DNA of 53,104 nt from a virus (Duplodnaviria; Caudoviricetes), in IMG/VR virus record IMGVR_UViG_3300031787_000166, positions 1-53,104 of that record. One strand, 5' to 3'. This document shows positions 17,046 to 27,323 of this stretch, in pieces. The position numbers and the translations under genes are program-made. Position 1 is the first letter of the stretch; each line of letters opens with the position of its first letter. The notes below the pieces were generated by a model. It was not told the DNA's origin, did no database searches, and worked only from the letters and a program-made list of their open reading frames with translations.

Positions 17046-17609
17046 ATGGCAAATCAGAAGATGTCCGCACTGTTCGCAGCTCAGAAGAAGGCCTTCGGCG
17101 ACGCCAACCCCGACACGGGCGTGGGTGGTCTCGGAGAGTGGCCGGCGGAGGGCGAGCACGACTGCTACATCCTCGCCCTCGAGATCAATGAGAAGGCGTC
17201 GTACCGCTTCACGGACGGTCAAGGCCAGCAGCTGGAGTTGCCCGCGGTGGAGTTCCGCTTCCGGTACCAGCTCCTCAACGACGAGACCAACCCGGACTCG
17301 CCGCTCGTGTGGGGCGGAGCGCCCTTCACGTTCCCGGACGACGCCGACAAGGTCACGTCGGACGGCCGCCGCACCGGCCTCACGATCGAGCGCAACCGCT
17401 TCTGCGGTCACCTCTCGACCCTGCTTGGAAGCAAGGTCGGAACGGCTGATGGTCTCGACGTGGCCGCGGCGATCGAGAAGGTCACCGAGCTCCTCGGCTC
17501 CGACACGCAGGTCGTCGCGACCGTGCGCTGCCAGTACCGCAAGGGCAAGGGCAACAGCGCCAACCGGATCTACAAGACCGAGTTCCTGACCAAGCTCCTG
17601 TCCCAGTGA
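17046..17609 (+). CDS. Putative single-stranded DNA-binding protein
   Basis: P.EGEHDCYI OB-fold-like start; synteny with exonuclease and ATPase. Confidence 0.55.
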   Translation: MANQKMSALFAAQKKAFGDANPDTGVGGLGEWPAEGEHDCYILALEINEKASYRFTDGQGQQLELPAVEFRFRYQLLNDETNPDSPLVWGGAPFTFPDDADKVTSDGRRTGLTIERNRFCGHLSTLLGSKVGTADGLDVAAAIEKVTELLGSDTQVVATVRCQYRKGKGNSANRIYKTEFLTKLLSQ

Positions 17610-17634
17610 CAGGCTGACGAAACCCCCACTGAGC

Positions 17635-17675
17635 GAGGGGGTGGGACCCACAAGTTCCACCCCCTCTTCCTTTCC
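17635..17675 (+). terminator. Stem-loop terminator
   Basis: GAGGGGGTGGGAC-ccacaa-GTTCCACCCCCTC then TTCCTTTC. Confidence 0.65.
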
Positions 17676-17753
17676 TCCATGAGGGGAGGCAGGGGTGCAT
17701 CCGGACCAACCTCCTTTCGGTCTATGCCCCGTTGTCTCACGGTAAGCATCGCG

Positions 17754-18242
17754 ATGGATCAGCCTACTGAGCCCCTGCCTCTCTTTGAGGAAACCCGGAT
17801 CCGTGCCCGGATCCTGCCCTACAACCTAAACCTGTACCGCCAGGCCCGCTTCATGGTGCCGCCCGTCTCGGTGCGCATCGACGTCACCCAGGCGCTTGCA
17901 CAGCCCCGCGTAGCCCGCCCGTGGCCGAGCCTCGCCTCTGGAACCCCCACTGATCTGCGGGTCACGCTGAGCCCGCAGGGCCGCCTGTGGCTGGTCGCCA
18001 CGCTGGAGGGCCTTCCGCCCTCGACCGGGCAAGAACTCCTGCCCGGCAGCTTCTCCGTCCGTTCCTCGTTGAACCGGCTGGGGATCGACATCAAGCGCGA
18101 GGCGATCGCCGACCTGGCCGAACGGCTGACCCCGGTCTTCCCCGACCACCGCATCCTGTTCCGGCTCTACCCCCGTCTCGCCACGGGCCTCGCCCAGTTC
18201 AACCAAGACCACAGCTACAGCCGGGTCCTGATCGCGCTCTAG
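17754..18242 (+). CDS. Hypothetical protein, last gene of + arm (start uncertain)
   Basis: Open frame converging on the virion arm with overlapping stop codons. Confidence 0.55.
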   Translation: MDQPTEPLPLFEETRIRARILPYNLNLYRQARFMVPPVSVRIDVTQALAQPRVARPWPSLASGTPTDLRVTLSPQGRLWLVATLEGLPPSTGQELLPGSFSVRSSLNRLGIDIKREAIADLAERLTPVFPDHRILFRLYPRLATGLAQFNQDHSYSRVLIAL

Positions 18243-21200
18243 TAGCCCCCGAACGGCTCGAACGGCTGGGCCGCGGCGGCTGCCTGCTGCTGCTCCTGCG
18301 ACAGGGGCAACGCCTCCACGCGCCGCGCCTGCATCCGCTGCCGCGCCGTGTCCGCGCCCGCCAGCGCCTCTTCCTCCAGGCCCATCTGCGGCGACCGCTG
18401 CCGGGACATCTCGAGGTACTGCGGCCGAAGGTCCGGGGGCATCCGGTCCAGGATCCTCTCGCTCCTCGACACCAGCCGGTTCTGCATGGCCTCGTCCAGC
18501 TGGTCCTTGCTGACCGTCAGCTTCATCTTGAAGCGGCGCTCGAACTCCGACTGGATCCCCTGCATCTTCGGAATGTCGTTGGCCAGGAGCGCGGCGATCG
18601 CCCGCCTCCGGTACTGCACAATCTGGTCACGGTTCTTCAACAGCATGCCGTCGAAGTCGCTCGACTCCTTGAAGGTGCCGAGGTCGACGCCGAGCGCGCG
18701 CGCGAAGATCTGCCCCTTCGACTGGTAGTCGATCAGGGTTCCGTCGCCCTTGAAGACGGCCACGCGACCGTCCTCGGTCTGCTGCTTCGGGTCGATGTAC
18801 GTCTTCTGCAGCGAGCCGGGCAGCCCCAGGAGCGGTGAGTTCGGCATGTCGCCCATCATGTTCATCAGGCGCGCCGTGGCCACGCCGCCAGGCAGCAGCC
18901 GCGGGAGGTTGTCCTGCAGGAGCGCGCGCTGCCCAGGGTCCAGGGCGCCGCGCACCATGTTGATCGGGATGTCCACGATCGGGGGGATCGGGATCCACTC
19001 GTTCCCCGTCTGGAAGAACCGGCTGCCGCCGGCCACCTGCCCGAGGCTGGCGCCGTAGAGCGAGGGGCTCAGGTCGACGCCGAACGCATTCTTCCCGAAC
19101 TCGTAGAACATGGCGCTGATGCCCATGCCCCGAATGAAGTCGATGCCCATGCCACCCCAGCCGCGGTCGCCCAGCATCCTCGAGTCCTTCGTCAGCGCCG
19201 TCGCCGACCGCAGCGGGAACGTGAGGAACTGCCGCATCAGCGGGTTGTTGAACGCGCGGCCGAACGGCCCCACCCCCTGAAACATCATCGGCGTGTTCAC
19301 GGTCGAGCCGCCGAACTGCGTCGCGCTCACCATCTCGTCGACGTCGTTGAGCATGCGGTAGTACCCGCCCGTGCCCGGCTTCGTGGTCACGCCCGTGCTC
19401 CGGTACAGGTTCTCCACCGAGTGCGCCGCGACGCTTCGATTCAGCCACTCGGCCTTCTCGAACAACTTCATCGGGTAATCGAAGAAGTAGCTCTCGCGCC
19501 GCGCCACGCCGCTCAGCGCCTCGCTCTTGTGGCTGATCGTGTCGAGCGTCGAGAACGTGTCCCTTCCGATCTGGATCAGGTTCTCCCCGTCCACGTTCGA
19601 GAACTTGAAGTGCTTGTTGATGAGCGCCTCGTGCTCGAGGTCGCCGAGCGCCCTGAACCCGTGCGTCCCCACGCGATCGGCCACGTACCCGCCCATCTCC
19701 TTGAACGCGGCGCCATACGCCTTCATCACGTTGCCGAGCCCACCGTAGACGCTCGTGTACAGCAGGGGCTGCATGAGGTTCATCGCCACGCTGCTCAGGT
19801 TGAGGCCGAGGTGCGTGACGTACAGGTACTTCGCGAGCGTCCCCGTCACCCCCTTCGCCTCGCCGAAGCTCAGCTCCGCGTCCACCATCCCCTTCAGCCG
19901 CGAATGCACTCCCTGCCCCCACTGGCCCGCGCCCTTCAGCGCCTCGCCGACACCCGAGTCCAGCACCGCGCCGAGCGCCTGCTTGCCCTTGATCAGCGCC
20001 ATGTGCGACGCGGTGTGCTCCACCTTCTGCACCCCCACTGCCTGCCGCAGGATCGTCTCGAGCGCCTCCTTCGCGAAGCGGTCCTCGAGCAGGTAGTGCT
20101 GGTCGAAGAAGACCTCGGCCAGCGACTTCTTCGCCGACACCAGCGGGCTCTTGAGCCGCGCCGCCGCGAGCTCCTTCACCTTGGCCTCGCTCGCCATCTT
20201 CAGCGACGAACCGACCGCCTCGTTCACGCGCGGCAGCTCGTCCAGCGTCTGCACGTAGAGCGCATGCGTCACGCCCGTGTCCCTGAAGTAGCGGGCCAGC
20301 GACTCCTGCGCGTTGATCCGGTAGACCCGCGCCGACTCGCCGCGCGCCGTCATGCGCTGCACCCGGTTCACCGCCTTGGACAGCAGCTTCGAGCCGTCGG
20401 CCGTCGGGCCGAACATGCCGTAGAGCTCGCGCAGGTCGTCCGGGTCCCAGGTGCCGGCCACGCTCGACCGGCTCAGCGACGAACCCGTGGCCACGAGCGC
20501 ACGGCTGCGCCGCTGCTCGACGATGTCCATCATGGCGCCGCCACCCTTCACGTCGATGAGGTTGCGCGGCATGTAGTCGGCTGGCTGGTTCTCGATGATC
20601 TGCTTGAGGAACTCCTTCGCGTCGTTCACGTCGAGCTGGCCCTTCGCGATCCGCTGCGCCACGTCCGGCCCCAGCATGATCGCGGCGACCTCCGCGCCGG
20701 TGCCGCTCATCGCGCCCTTCCCCTGCATGCCCATCCTCACGCCCTGCACCATCCGCACCAGCTTGTCCTCGTCGGCCAAGAACTTGCCCGCCTTCGCGCT
20801 CGCCGCAGCGTCCCCGAACATCGCCATGCGGCGCTCCGCCGCCGCGGCGCGGTACGAATCACGGAGCCGCGTGAGCCCCAGCCTCCCGATCTCCGCATCC
20901 ATGTCCGTCGCCAGGTACGCGGGCACCTGCCGCTTGATGAACCCCATCTTGCCCTTCTTGTAGGTGGGGATCAGCTCGGTGCGCGCCTTGTCGAACCCCT
21001 CGAGCGAGGCCCACAGCGCCAGGTTCCGGCGCTTCGCCAGCGCCTTCTTGGAGGGGTCAGCCACCTTGTCGTGGTTGAGAGAGTCAAGGCCGTGCTTCTC
21101 AAGCACCTCGCGCAGCGGCTCGCCGACCCTCTCGAGCAGCTGCTTCTCCAGCTGGTCCACGCCCTTGGCGAAAGCCTGCGTGGCCGGCGTCAGCGCCGTC

Positions 21201-21598
21201 CCCCTGAACATCTGCTGCGGAGCCAGCAACCCGAGCGCCGCATGCAGCCCGCCCTGCTCCTTCACGAACGGGTGGAACCGCGCGCCCATGTCGAACACGG
21301 CCTTGCCCGAGCGGGCGAGCATGCTTCCCCCCACTGGACTCGTGACGGCCATCAACAGCACGAACGGATTCGTCAGGATGTCCACCGCCGTGTCCGTGAC
21401 GGCGTTGCGGCCGATGCGGTCCTTGAGCCGATCGACCAGCGAATCCCGCTCCGAAGGGCTCAGCCCGTCCGCGTCCACCAGCGTCTGCATGGCGCCGCGC
21501 GCGGTCATCTCCCCGTCCAGCGCCTGCGTCAGCAGCACCATCGGCTTGTCGTAGGACGCAAGCGACTCGTACCGGAGGTTCATCGGCATCTGGCTCAT
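18239..21598 (-). CDS. Large internal virion/ejection protein
   Basis: 1119 aa, helical; last gene of the structural arm, as in podoviruses. Confidence 0.65.
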   Translation of the reverse strand: MSQMPMNLRYESLASYDKPMVLLTQALDGEMTARGAMQTLVDADGLSPSERDSLVDRLKDRIGRNAVTDTAVDILTNPFVLLMAVTSPVGGSMLARSGKAVFDMGARFHPFVKEQGGLHAALGLLAPQQMFRGTALTPATQAFAKGVDQLEKQLLERVGEPLREVLEKHGLDSLNHDKVADPSKKALAKRRNLALWASLEGFDKARTELIPTYKKGKMGFIKRQVPAYLATDMDAEIGRLGLTRLRDSYRAAAAERRMAMFGDAAASAKAGKFLADEDKLVRMVQGVRMGMQGKGAMSGTGAEVAAIMLGPDVAQRIAKGQLDVNDAKEFLKQIIENQPADYMPRNLIDVKGGGAMMDIVEQRRSRALVATGSSLSRSSVAGTWDPDDLRELYGMFGPTADGSKLLSKAVNRVQRMTARGESARVYRINAQESLARYFRDTGVTHALYVQTLDELPRVNEAVGSSLKMASEAKVKELAAARLKSPLVSAKKSLAEVFFDQHYLLEDRFAKEALETILRQAVGVQKVEHTASHMALIKGKQALGAVLDSGVGEALKGAGQWGQGVHSRLKGMVDAELSFGEAKGVTGTLAKYLYVTHLGLNLSSVAMNLMQPLLYTSVYGGLGNVMKAYGAAFKEMGGYVADRVGTHGFRALGDLEHEALINKHFKFSNVDGENLIQIGRDTFSTLDTISHKSEALSGVARRESYFFDYPMKLFEKAEWLNRSVAAHSVENLYRSTGVTTKPGTGGYYRMLNDVDEMVSATQFGGSTVNTPMMFQGVGPFGRAFNNPLMRQFLTFPLRSATALTKDSRMLGDRGWGGMGIDFIRGMGISAMFYEFGKNAFGVDLSPSLYGASLGQVAGGSRFFQTGNEWIPIPPIVDIPINMVRGALDPGQRALLQDNLPRLLPGGVATARLMNMMGDMPNSPLLGLPGSLQKTYIDPKQQTEDGRVAVFKGDGTLIDYQSKGQIFARALGVDLGTFKESSDFDGMLLKNRDQIVQYRRRAIAALLANDIPKMQGIQSEFERRFKMKLTVSKDQLDEAMQNRLVSRSERILDRMPPDLRPQYLEMSRQRSPQMGLEEEALAGADTARQRMQARRVEALPLSQEQQQAAAAAQPFEPFGGY

Positions 21599-21611
21599 GC
21601 GTCAGAGAGTA

Positions 21612-21648
21612 TCCAAAAGAGAAAGCCGCCCGGGTGGAGCGGCCTCCT
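21612..21648 (-). terminator. Rho-independent terminator
   Basis: GCCGC-tccacccgg-GCGGC followed by TTTCTCTTTT on the - strand. Confidence 0.6.
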
Positions 21649-21669
21649 CCAAGGGGAAAAGATGCTCGA

Positions 21670-22107
21670 TCAATACTGGCTGCGCCAGCGCACCTGGATG
21701 TGGAAGCCGTCGATGCCCGCGAGGGCACTCGCGCTCACCAGCCACAGCGTCGAGCCGGCCTCCATCAGGTTGTTCGCGGTCTGGATCGTGAAGCCTGCGG
21801 TCGTGCCGGAAATCCAGCGCGCCGGGAAGGTGCCGCCGGACGCCAGCTGCTTGGCCACGGTGATGTTGGTTTGTGCCGCGATGCCCGCGTCGGTGGGGAC
21901 CGCATCGCTCGTGACCTTGACGAAGCGCAGGTCCTCGTTCGCGGTCGGCGCGTCCTGGAAGTACATCACGATCGAGTCGATCACGCTGATCCGGTCGAAG
22001 TGCTGGATCGGGATGAACTGCGCCGTCGTGCCGGGGGTCACGAGAATCGTCGTGACGTGAAAGTCGTTCGGGTAGTAGCGGGTTTCGAGCGGGAGTTGTC
22101 CAGCCAT
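21670..22107 (-). CDS. Putative small virion protein
   Basis: GAGG SD; beta-strand-rich 145 aa. Confidence 0.7.
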   Translation of the reverse strand: MAGQLPLETRYYPNDFHVTTILVTPGTTAQFIPIQHFDRISVIDSIVMYFQDAPTANEDLRFVKVTSDAVPTDAGIAAQTNITVAKQLASGGTFPARWISGTTAGFTIQTANNLMEAGSTLWLVSASALAGIDGFHIQVRWRSQY

Positions 22108-22115
22108 GGTTCACC

Positions 22116-22604
22116 TCATCGGGCTTCAATAAGTGCTTCCAACACCCCTTGATTATCAGGGGATCCAGTGGGGGTTCCAAAGCCGCCCGTGGCCATTTGG
22201 TACGCCACGCTCTCAAGGAAGTCGGTGCGCCCACCGCCGATCACGACGGCGCCGTTCGGGATGGCGCGCCCCACCATCAGCTGATTGTACAGCTGCGGGT
22301 TCGCCGTCGCCAGCCGGATCAGATTCTCCGACATGGCCCGCTGCAGGCGCCGCGCGCGCATCGCCCGTGCCGCCTCAAGCCTCTGCCTCTGGAGCTCGAG
22401 CTTGAGGTCCTTGCTGAACCCGGTGAACTCCTCCTTGACCGAGCTCCCCAGCTGGCCGCCCAGCTCCAAGCCCACCAGCGCCGTAGGCACTCCCACTCCG
22501 AACGCCATGCCTGGGCTCGAGAAGTCAAGCCCGACGGCCCTGCCCGCCTTGGCGGGTCCGCTCACGAGCGAACCAAGACTCTTGAATGCTGATCCGACGC
22601 TCAT
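22116..22604 (-). CDS. Hypothetical virion-associated protein
   Basis: MSVGSAFK...; ATGA-coupled; Gly-rich hydrophobic segment. Confidence 0.65.
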   Translation of the reverse strand: MSVGSAFKSLGSLVSGPAKAGRAVGLDFSSPGMAFGVGVPTALVGLELGGQLGSSVKEEFTGFSKDLKLELQRQRLEAARAMRARRLQRAMSENLIRLATANPQLYNQLMVGRAIPNGAVVIGGGRTDFLESVAYQMATGGFGTPTGSPDNQGVLEALIEAR

Positions 22605-22966
22605 TGAGCCACCTCGATCCACTGGTACTCGGGATTGCGCAGGACCATCCGATCGGCCACGTCGCGCCGCACCGCCGCGGCGAACCCGACCAGACTCTTT
22701 CCCTCCACGACCCGAGACCAAAGCCAGGTTCGAGACTTGCGGCGCACTGCGGCGCTGCCCCGCTCGTCCCAAAGCCACTTGCGCAGGTCCGCCTTGGCCT
22801 TGAGGGCCTCGCCTCGGACGACAAGCGGCCGGCTCGTGACGTTCACGAGCACGTGTCCTGCGGGCCATGGATCTTCGGTCAGCTTCACGAGCGCGAAACC
22901 CTTCCTGTTGTGCTGCTCCACGACCCTGTGGCTCAGCTCCTTGACGTTCTCGAGCTTCACCATCAC
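22601..22966 (-). CDS. Hypothetical protein
   Basis: Coupled to both neighbours. Confidence 0.65.
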   Translation of the reverse strand: MMVKLENVKELSHRVVEQHNRKGFALVKLTEDPWPAGHVLVNVTSRPLVVRGEALKAKADLRKWLWDERGSAAVRRKSRTWLWSRVVEGKSLVGFAAAVRRDVADRMVLRNPEYQWIEVAQ

Positions 22967-25662
22967 ATCCTCGCCATCAACTCTCCGACGCCTGGCTGGC
23001 TCGGCACAGCAAGGGACCGCAGGCTGGCCTCGTGCCCACGCAGGAGCGACGAAAGCGCCTGATCCGAGATCGACTGGTTCCTCGACTGCATGATCCCCTG
23101 CTGGTTCTGGATCGCAGCCATGTCCGTCATGTAGCGCATCTGCCTCATCTGGTCGTTCACCATCTGGTCCTGCTGCGCACCGCCGCCGACCGCGCCCAAG
23201 GCCTGCAGCATCTTCAGGCGCCGCTCGTCCGCGGCATCCAGCGTTCCCTGCTTCAACAGATCAAGAACCGTGTACGCGCTGTAGATCGCGGCGAGCGGCC
23301 CAAGGAACCGCCCCAACCACGCCGGTTTAGAACCAACCGGCCCTACGGCATCGCCTCCGGCCGCAGCAGCCGGTGCCGTCGCGCCCTTGGTGGGCCCAAG
23401 CATGCCGACCAAGCTGGTCGGTGCCGCCCCCGCAGCCGACGCAGCAGCCGGAGCCGCAGCCGAAGCCGCAGCGCCCGTCGCAGCGCCCGCTGCAGTGGTG
23501 GCGGCCGTTGCCGCGGCCTTGGCGCCCGTGCTGATCGTCTTCGGGACGCGCTTGCCGGCCTTCAAGAGCTTGATGGCGTCGCTCGCGTCCCCCTGATTCG
23601 TGATCGCATCCGCCTGCTCCTGCGTGATGAGGCCTGCCTTCACGCCCTTCTTGAGCGAGCTGGCCTGCGCCTTGCTGACCGGGTTCGCGCGCCATGCGTC
23701 CTTGGCGGCCGGAGCCGATCCGTCGGTCACGGGCGTGAACGAGCCACCCGCGGGCACCGCGCCGCCCGCCGCCTTCTTGATCTCGCCGAGATCCTGGGAC
23801 GCGGCGAACTTGGACTTGGGCAGGTCGGCCTCGGGCATGCCCGCCTCGAGGAGCGCTTTCTTCTGAGCTTCGGTGATGGGCTCGAACTTGCCGGTCTTCG
23901 TCCCCATCTCGTCCATCAGGTCGGAAGCTTCTCCGAACGTCGTCGGCAGCTTCGCTTCGTCGATCCCGTTCTTGATCAAAACCGACTTCTGCCTCGCGCT
24001 GATGGGCTGCGCGCGCCAGTTCCGATCCAGCTTGAACGGCGCCACCGACGCAGCTGCGCCCGGTGCGGGAGCCGAAGCCGGAGCCGCGGTAGCCACCGCC
24101 GCGGGCGCAGCGCCCAAGGGAGTGAACGAACCGCCAGTCGGAAGACGGCCTCCTCCCACGGGAGACGACGCGGGCGCGGAAGCGGTCGGGGTCGGAGTGG
24201 GCGTCGGGGTTCGGCCAAGGGCCTCTCCCGTCTCGGCCAACGTGCCCCGCTTGGGTTCGGCCGCGGTCTCGATCGACTCTTGAATCGCGCGATCGCCCTT
24301 GTTCAACCGAATGTTGAGCAGACGGTCCTTCACGGTTCCGCCGACGCTCATGGCCTGCCCGCGCAGATTCTCGAAAGTCTGCGGGTTCACCGCGCCCTTG
24401 CCTGTGGCCGCAGCGCGGCCCCTGCCCATCATAATGTTGGCCTGGTCGTCGACCCGCTTTGCCCAGTCCCCGAGCCCCACGGCCTCGCCGATGTCCGGCC
24501 CGAGACGATCGCGAAGCAGAGCCACCTCGACCATATGAGCCCGAACCGCCGGCTGTTGGGCGCGGGCAAAGGTCAGTGCGGGCCCGCCGCCCAGATGCTT
24601 GTAGATCAGGTCGTCGGCTGCTTCGCGCGAAAGCTTGGCGGCTTCCTTCTTGAAGTTGACGCCCTGCAACGCCCGGCGCGCCGCCATCTGCTCATCGGTC
24701 GCCCCCGCCTCGATGAACCCCGATCGCCCGGCAGGAACCGGCGTAAACGACCCTCCTCCTTCAGGCGCATCGCCCCCGAGAACAGAAGCCTTTGGCGCGG
24801 TTCCGAAGCGGCCGCGCGCGCCCCTCGGCTGCTCCTTCTTCACGAAGTCCGCGATCACCTTCTCGGCTTCAGGGGTCTGCGGAATCTGATCGACCCGATC
24901 GACTCCGAACTTGGCGAGAAGCTCCCCTCGCAACTTCAGGTAGTCGTTCTGATCCTTCGCAACCTTCCCGACGGCTTCCTCGATGCGCGTCACGTCGGGA
25001 GGAGTCCTTCCCGACGGAACACCCCCACTGACCGGCACTTCAGCCGGACGGACAAAGCCGCCTGCGATTCCAGAAGTCTTTCCCTTGGGCTCGGGAAGCG
25101 GGGCGGCTCCCGCCTTCGCGGTGGCCTGCGAAAGCGGGTCGCGTGGTGCGGACGCTGGAGCCGGCGCAGGCTCAGGCATGGCCGCGAGCTTCTCAAGCTC
25201 CGCCTTGCGCCGCGCCTCTTCCTTGCGATTCGATTCCGCGATTGCCGCATACTCGGCCTCTTGCTTGAGCTTCGCTGCAGCCTGCGCACGAGCCGAGCTT
25301 TCTGCGAGTTCCTCCGCGGAAACTTCGCCCTTCTTCGCAAGCGTCTCGGTGCCTCGAACGCTCGTCTTCACTTCAGGAGCAATCGAAGGAGCCGCAACCG
25401 CATTCGCCGCAGGCACCAGCTTGCCTTCTTGAAGCACGATAAGACCGGCCTCTTTCGCCGCTTTCAACTGCGCCTTGGCCTCGTTTGCCCGCGGCTCCAA
25501 AGCGGCCAACTGCGCTTGCGCCTTCTCGAGCGCCGCTCGAGTTTTGTTACCAGCATCGCCCGTCAGGCGTTCCGCCTTATCCGTAAGGTCTTTCACCGCT
25601 CTTTCGACCTTGAAGAACTCAAACACCGTCTTCTGCAGGCCGTCAAGTTGGTCTTGGTTCAT
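22963..25662 (-). CDS. Ala/Pro-rich internal virion protein with three small helical repeats
   Basis: 899 aa; PISARQ/PITEAQ/PVSKAQ...(G)xAS repeats; GGSFTP three times. Confidence 0.7.
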   Translation of the reverse strand: MNQDQLDGLQKTVFEFFKVERAVKDLTDKAERLTGDAGNKTRAALEKAQAQLAALEPRANEAKAQLKAAKEAGLIVLQEGKLVPAANAVAAPSIAPEVKTSVRGTETLAKKGEVSAEELAESSARAQAAAKLKQEAEYAAIAESNRKEEARRKAELEKLAAMPEPAPAPASAPRDPLSQATAKAGAAPLPEPKGKTSGIAGGFVRPAEVPVSGGVPSGRTPPDVTRIEEAVGKVAKDQNDYLKLRGELLAKFGVDRVDQIPQTPEAEKVIADFVKKEQPRGARGRFGTAPKASVLGGDAPEGGGSFTPVPAGRSGFIEAGATDEQMAARRALQGVNFKKEAAKLSREAADDLIYKHLGGGPALTFARAQQPAVRAHMVEVALLRDRLGPDIGEAVGLGDWAKRVDDQANIMMGRGRAAATGKGAVNPQTFENLRGQAMSVGGTVKDRLLNIRLNKGDRAIQESIETAAEPKRGTLAETGEALGRTPTPTPTPTASAPASSPVGGGRLPTGGSFTPLGAAPAAVATAAPASAPAPGAAASVAPFKLDRNWRAQPISARQKSVLIKNGIDEAKLPTTFGEASDLMDEMGTKTGKFEPITEAQKKALLEAGMPEADLPKSKFAASQDLGEIKKAAGGAVPAGGSFTPVTDGSAPAAKDAWRANPVSKAQASSLKKGVKAGLITQEQADAITNQGDASDAIKLLKAGKRVPKTISTGAKAAATAATTAAGAATGAAASAAAPAAASAAGAAPTSLVGMLGPTKGATAPAAAAGGDAVGPVGSKPAWLGRFLGPLAAIYSAYTVLDLLKQGTLDAADERRLKMLQALGAVGGGAQQDQMVNDQMRQMRYMTDMAAIQNQQGIMQSRNQSISDQALSSLLRGHEASLRSLAVPSQPGVGELMARM

Positions 25663-27323
25663 CGGTTGACTCCTGTCATGCGGGCGAGTTCCTCAAGACG
25701 AGACGCCGTGTCCGTGCCCCCGAGATACCGCTGTTCCGCGATCACGGACTCGAGAGCGTCCCGTTCGTCTTCGGCTCCAGCCTCCAGCCGGCGGGTGATT
25801 CCTGCCTGCTCTTCTTCGATCTTCTTGGCGCGCTGCTGATACACGCGCGGATCGAGCGTCTCGAGTTCCGGCGGAACCTCGGTCAGGATCCTGCGGACCT
25901 CCGCTTCCTGCTCGGGGGTCATCATGCCCATCTGGCGCATCCTGTCGATGTCGTCCATGAAGCCGTCGTACTGGGGATCGTTCGCGTACTGGATCGACTT
26001 GCGGGCGTTCTCCAACGCTCCTTGCATGTCGAAGCGCGACAGGTCGTGCACGGTGCCCCCCACTGGCTTCATCAGCTTCTCGTCGATCATCACGCCCTGC
26101 ACCTGATCGCCGACCGCCGACAACCCGGAAAGGGTCTTGTCGATCATGTCGAACTGATTCTTGTCAGAAGTCTCCGTGAACTGGCCGAGCAGCTCGGTGC
26201 GGTTCTGGCCGATCTTCTCAAGCCCATCGAAGATGGCGCTGATCTGCGTGTCGTCCATGCCCAGCTGACGCAGCTTGCCGATGCCCTTCGCGATCTCCCC
26301 TCTCAAGGCAGGAGCCGTGTCGCCCATCGCAGGACCGAACTCGGCGAGAAGCGCGGCCTTGGTCGCGATGTCGGAAGCGACGGCCGCGGCGTTCTTAGCT
26401 TCTCCTGGCTCGAGGCCGAAGGCGTCGCGGTTCAGATCGATCGCGTTGCTCACGACCGATACGGCCATGACCTTGGGGTCCTTCATAAACTCGGCGGCCT
26501 GCGCCTGCGCAAGCGTCGGATTGCCCGTGGACCCGAAAAACTTCAACGCCGAGTCAAACGCCATCAAGATCGTGGCGTCTACCGTGCTTGGAAACCTGTT
26601 GGCACCCAAATCGGCTTGTCTAATTTGTGAGGCCTCCAGTACCGCTCCTACTCTGCCTGCTTCCTGGAAGAAGCTTCCTTCGGTCGTGGCCTTGGTGAGC
26701 GCATGCGTGAAGCCGGCGAGCATCGCCTTGTCTGCTTGGCCGCGACGCAAGTCGAGGCTCTCCTTGAGGGCCTTGAGACGCGCGGAGATGTCGTTGTACT
26801 TCGTGTTGTGGATGCCTTTTTCGCTGGTCAGCATGTTCAGCGCGGCCTGCGTCGAGGCGGCGAGGGCCTGCAGCTTGTCGGATTCGCCGGCCAGTTCGCG
26901 ACGTTTCGCTCGGAACTCGGCGATGCGCGGATCGTTCTTGGCAAGCGCCTGGATCGCCTTCTCGTTCATCTCGCGTTCGTTCTGAATCTGCGCCATCTTG
27001 ATCCTGATGGCGTTGTCGATATCCGCCTGCTGCTTGTCGAACGCCATGCGCTTGTCGAACTGCGCACCCTGCTGAGACAGCTCGGCCTGCTGCTGTCGCT
27101 CGCGGCTCTCGTTGAGCTTGCGGTAGTTCTCGGCTTCGGCCTGAAGGCCCATGCGGAACTGCTGGCCCTGCTGCGCCATCTTCTGGGCCTCGAGGGCAAG
27201 CCCTTGGCGCGCACGGAGATCCTGCTGCTTGATGGCCCAGTTCTCGCGGGCGCCCTGGAGGTTCTGCGCCCCCATCTGCATACCGCCCATGAACTGCTCT
27301 GCGTTGCTCGGGATTCTGCTCAT
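25659..27323 (-). CDS. Putative internal virion/ejection protein
   Basis: Q/A-rich coiled-coil N-terminus; position in structural arm. Confidence 0.65.
   Translation of the reverse strand: MSRIPSNAEQFMGGMQMGAQNLQGARENWAIKQQDLRARQGLALEAQKMAQQGQQFRMGLQAEAENYRKLNESRERQQQAELSQQGAQFDKRMAFDKQQADIDNAIRIKMAQIQNEREMNEKAIQALAKNDPRIAEFRAKRRELAGESDKLQALAASTQAALNMLTSEKGIHNTKYNDISARLKALKESLDLRRGQADKAMLAGFTHALTKATTEGSFFQEAGRVGAVLEASQIRQADLGANRFPSTVDATILMAFDSALKFFGSTGNPTLAQAQAAEFMKDPKVMAVSVVSNAIDLNRDAFGLEPGEAKNAAAVASDIATKAALLAEFGPAMGDTAPALRGEIAKGIGKLRQLGMDDTQISAIFDGLEKIGQNRTELLGQFTETSDKNQFDMIDKTLSGLSAVGDQVQGVMIDEKLMKPVGGTVHDLSRFDMQGALENARKSIQYANDPQYDGFMDDIDRMRQMGMMTPEQEAEVRRILTEVPPELETLDPRVYQQRAKKIEEEQAGITRRLEAGAEDERDALESVIAEQRYLGGTDTASRLEELARMTGVNR

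Noticed and set aside
22963-25662. Tape measure protein
   Set aside because: No tail tube, sheath or chaperone genes; gene order fits podovirus-type ejection proteins.
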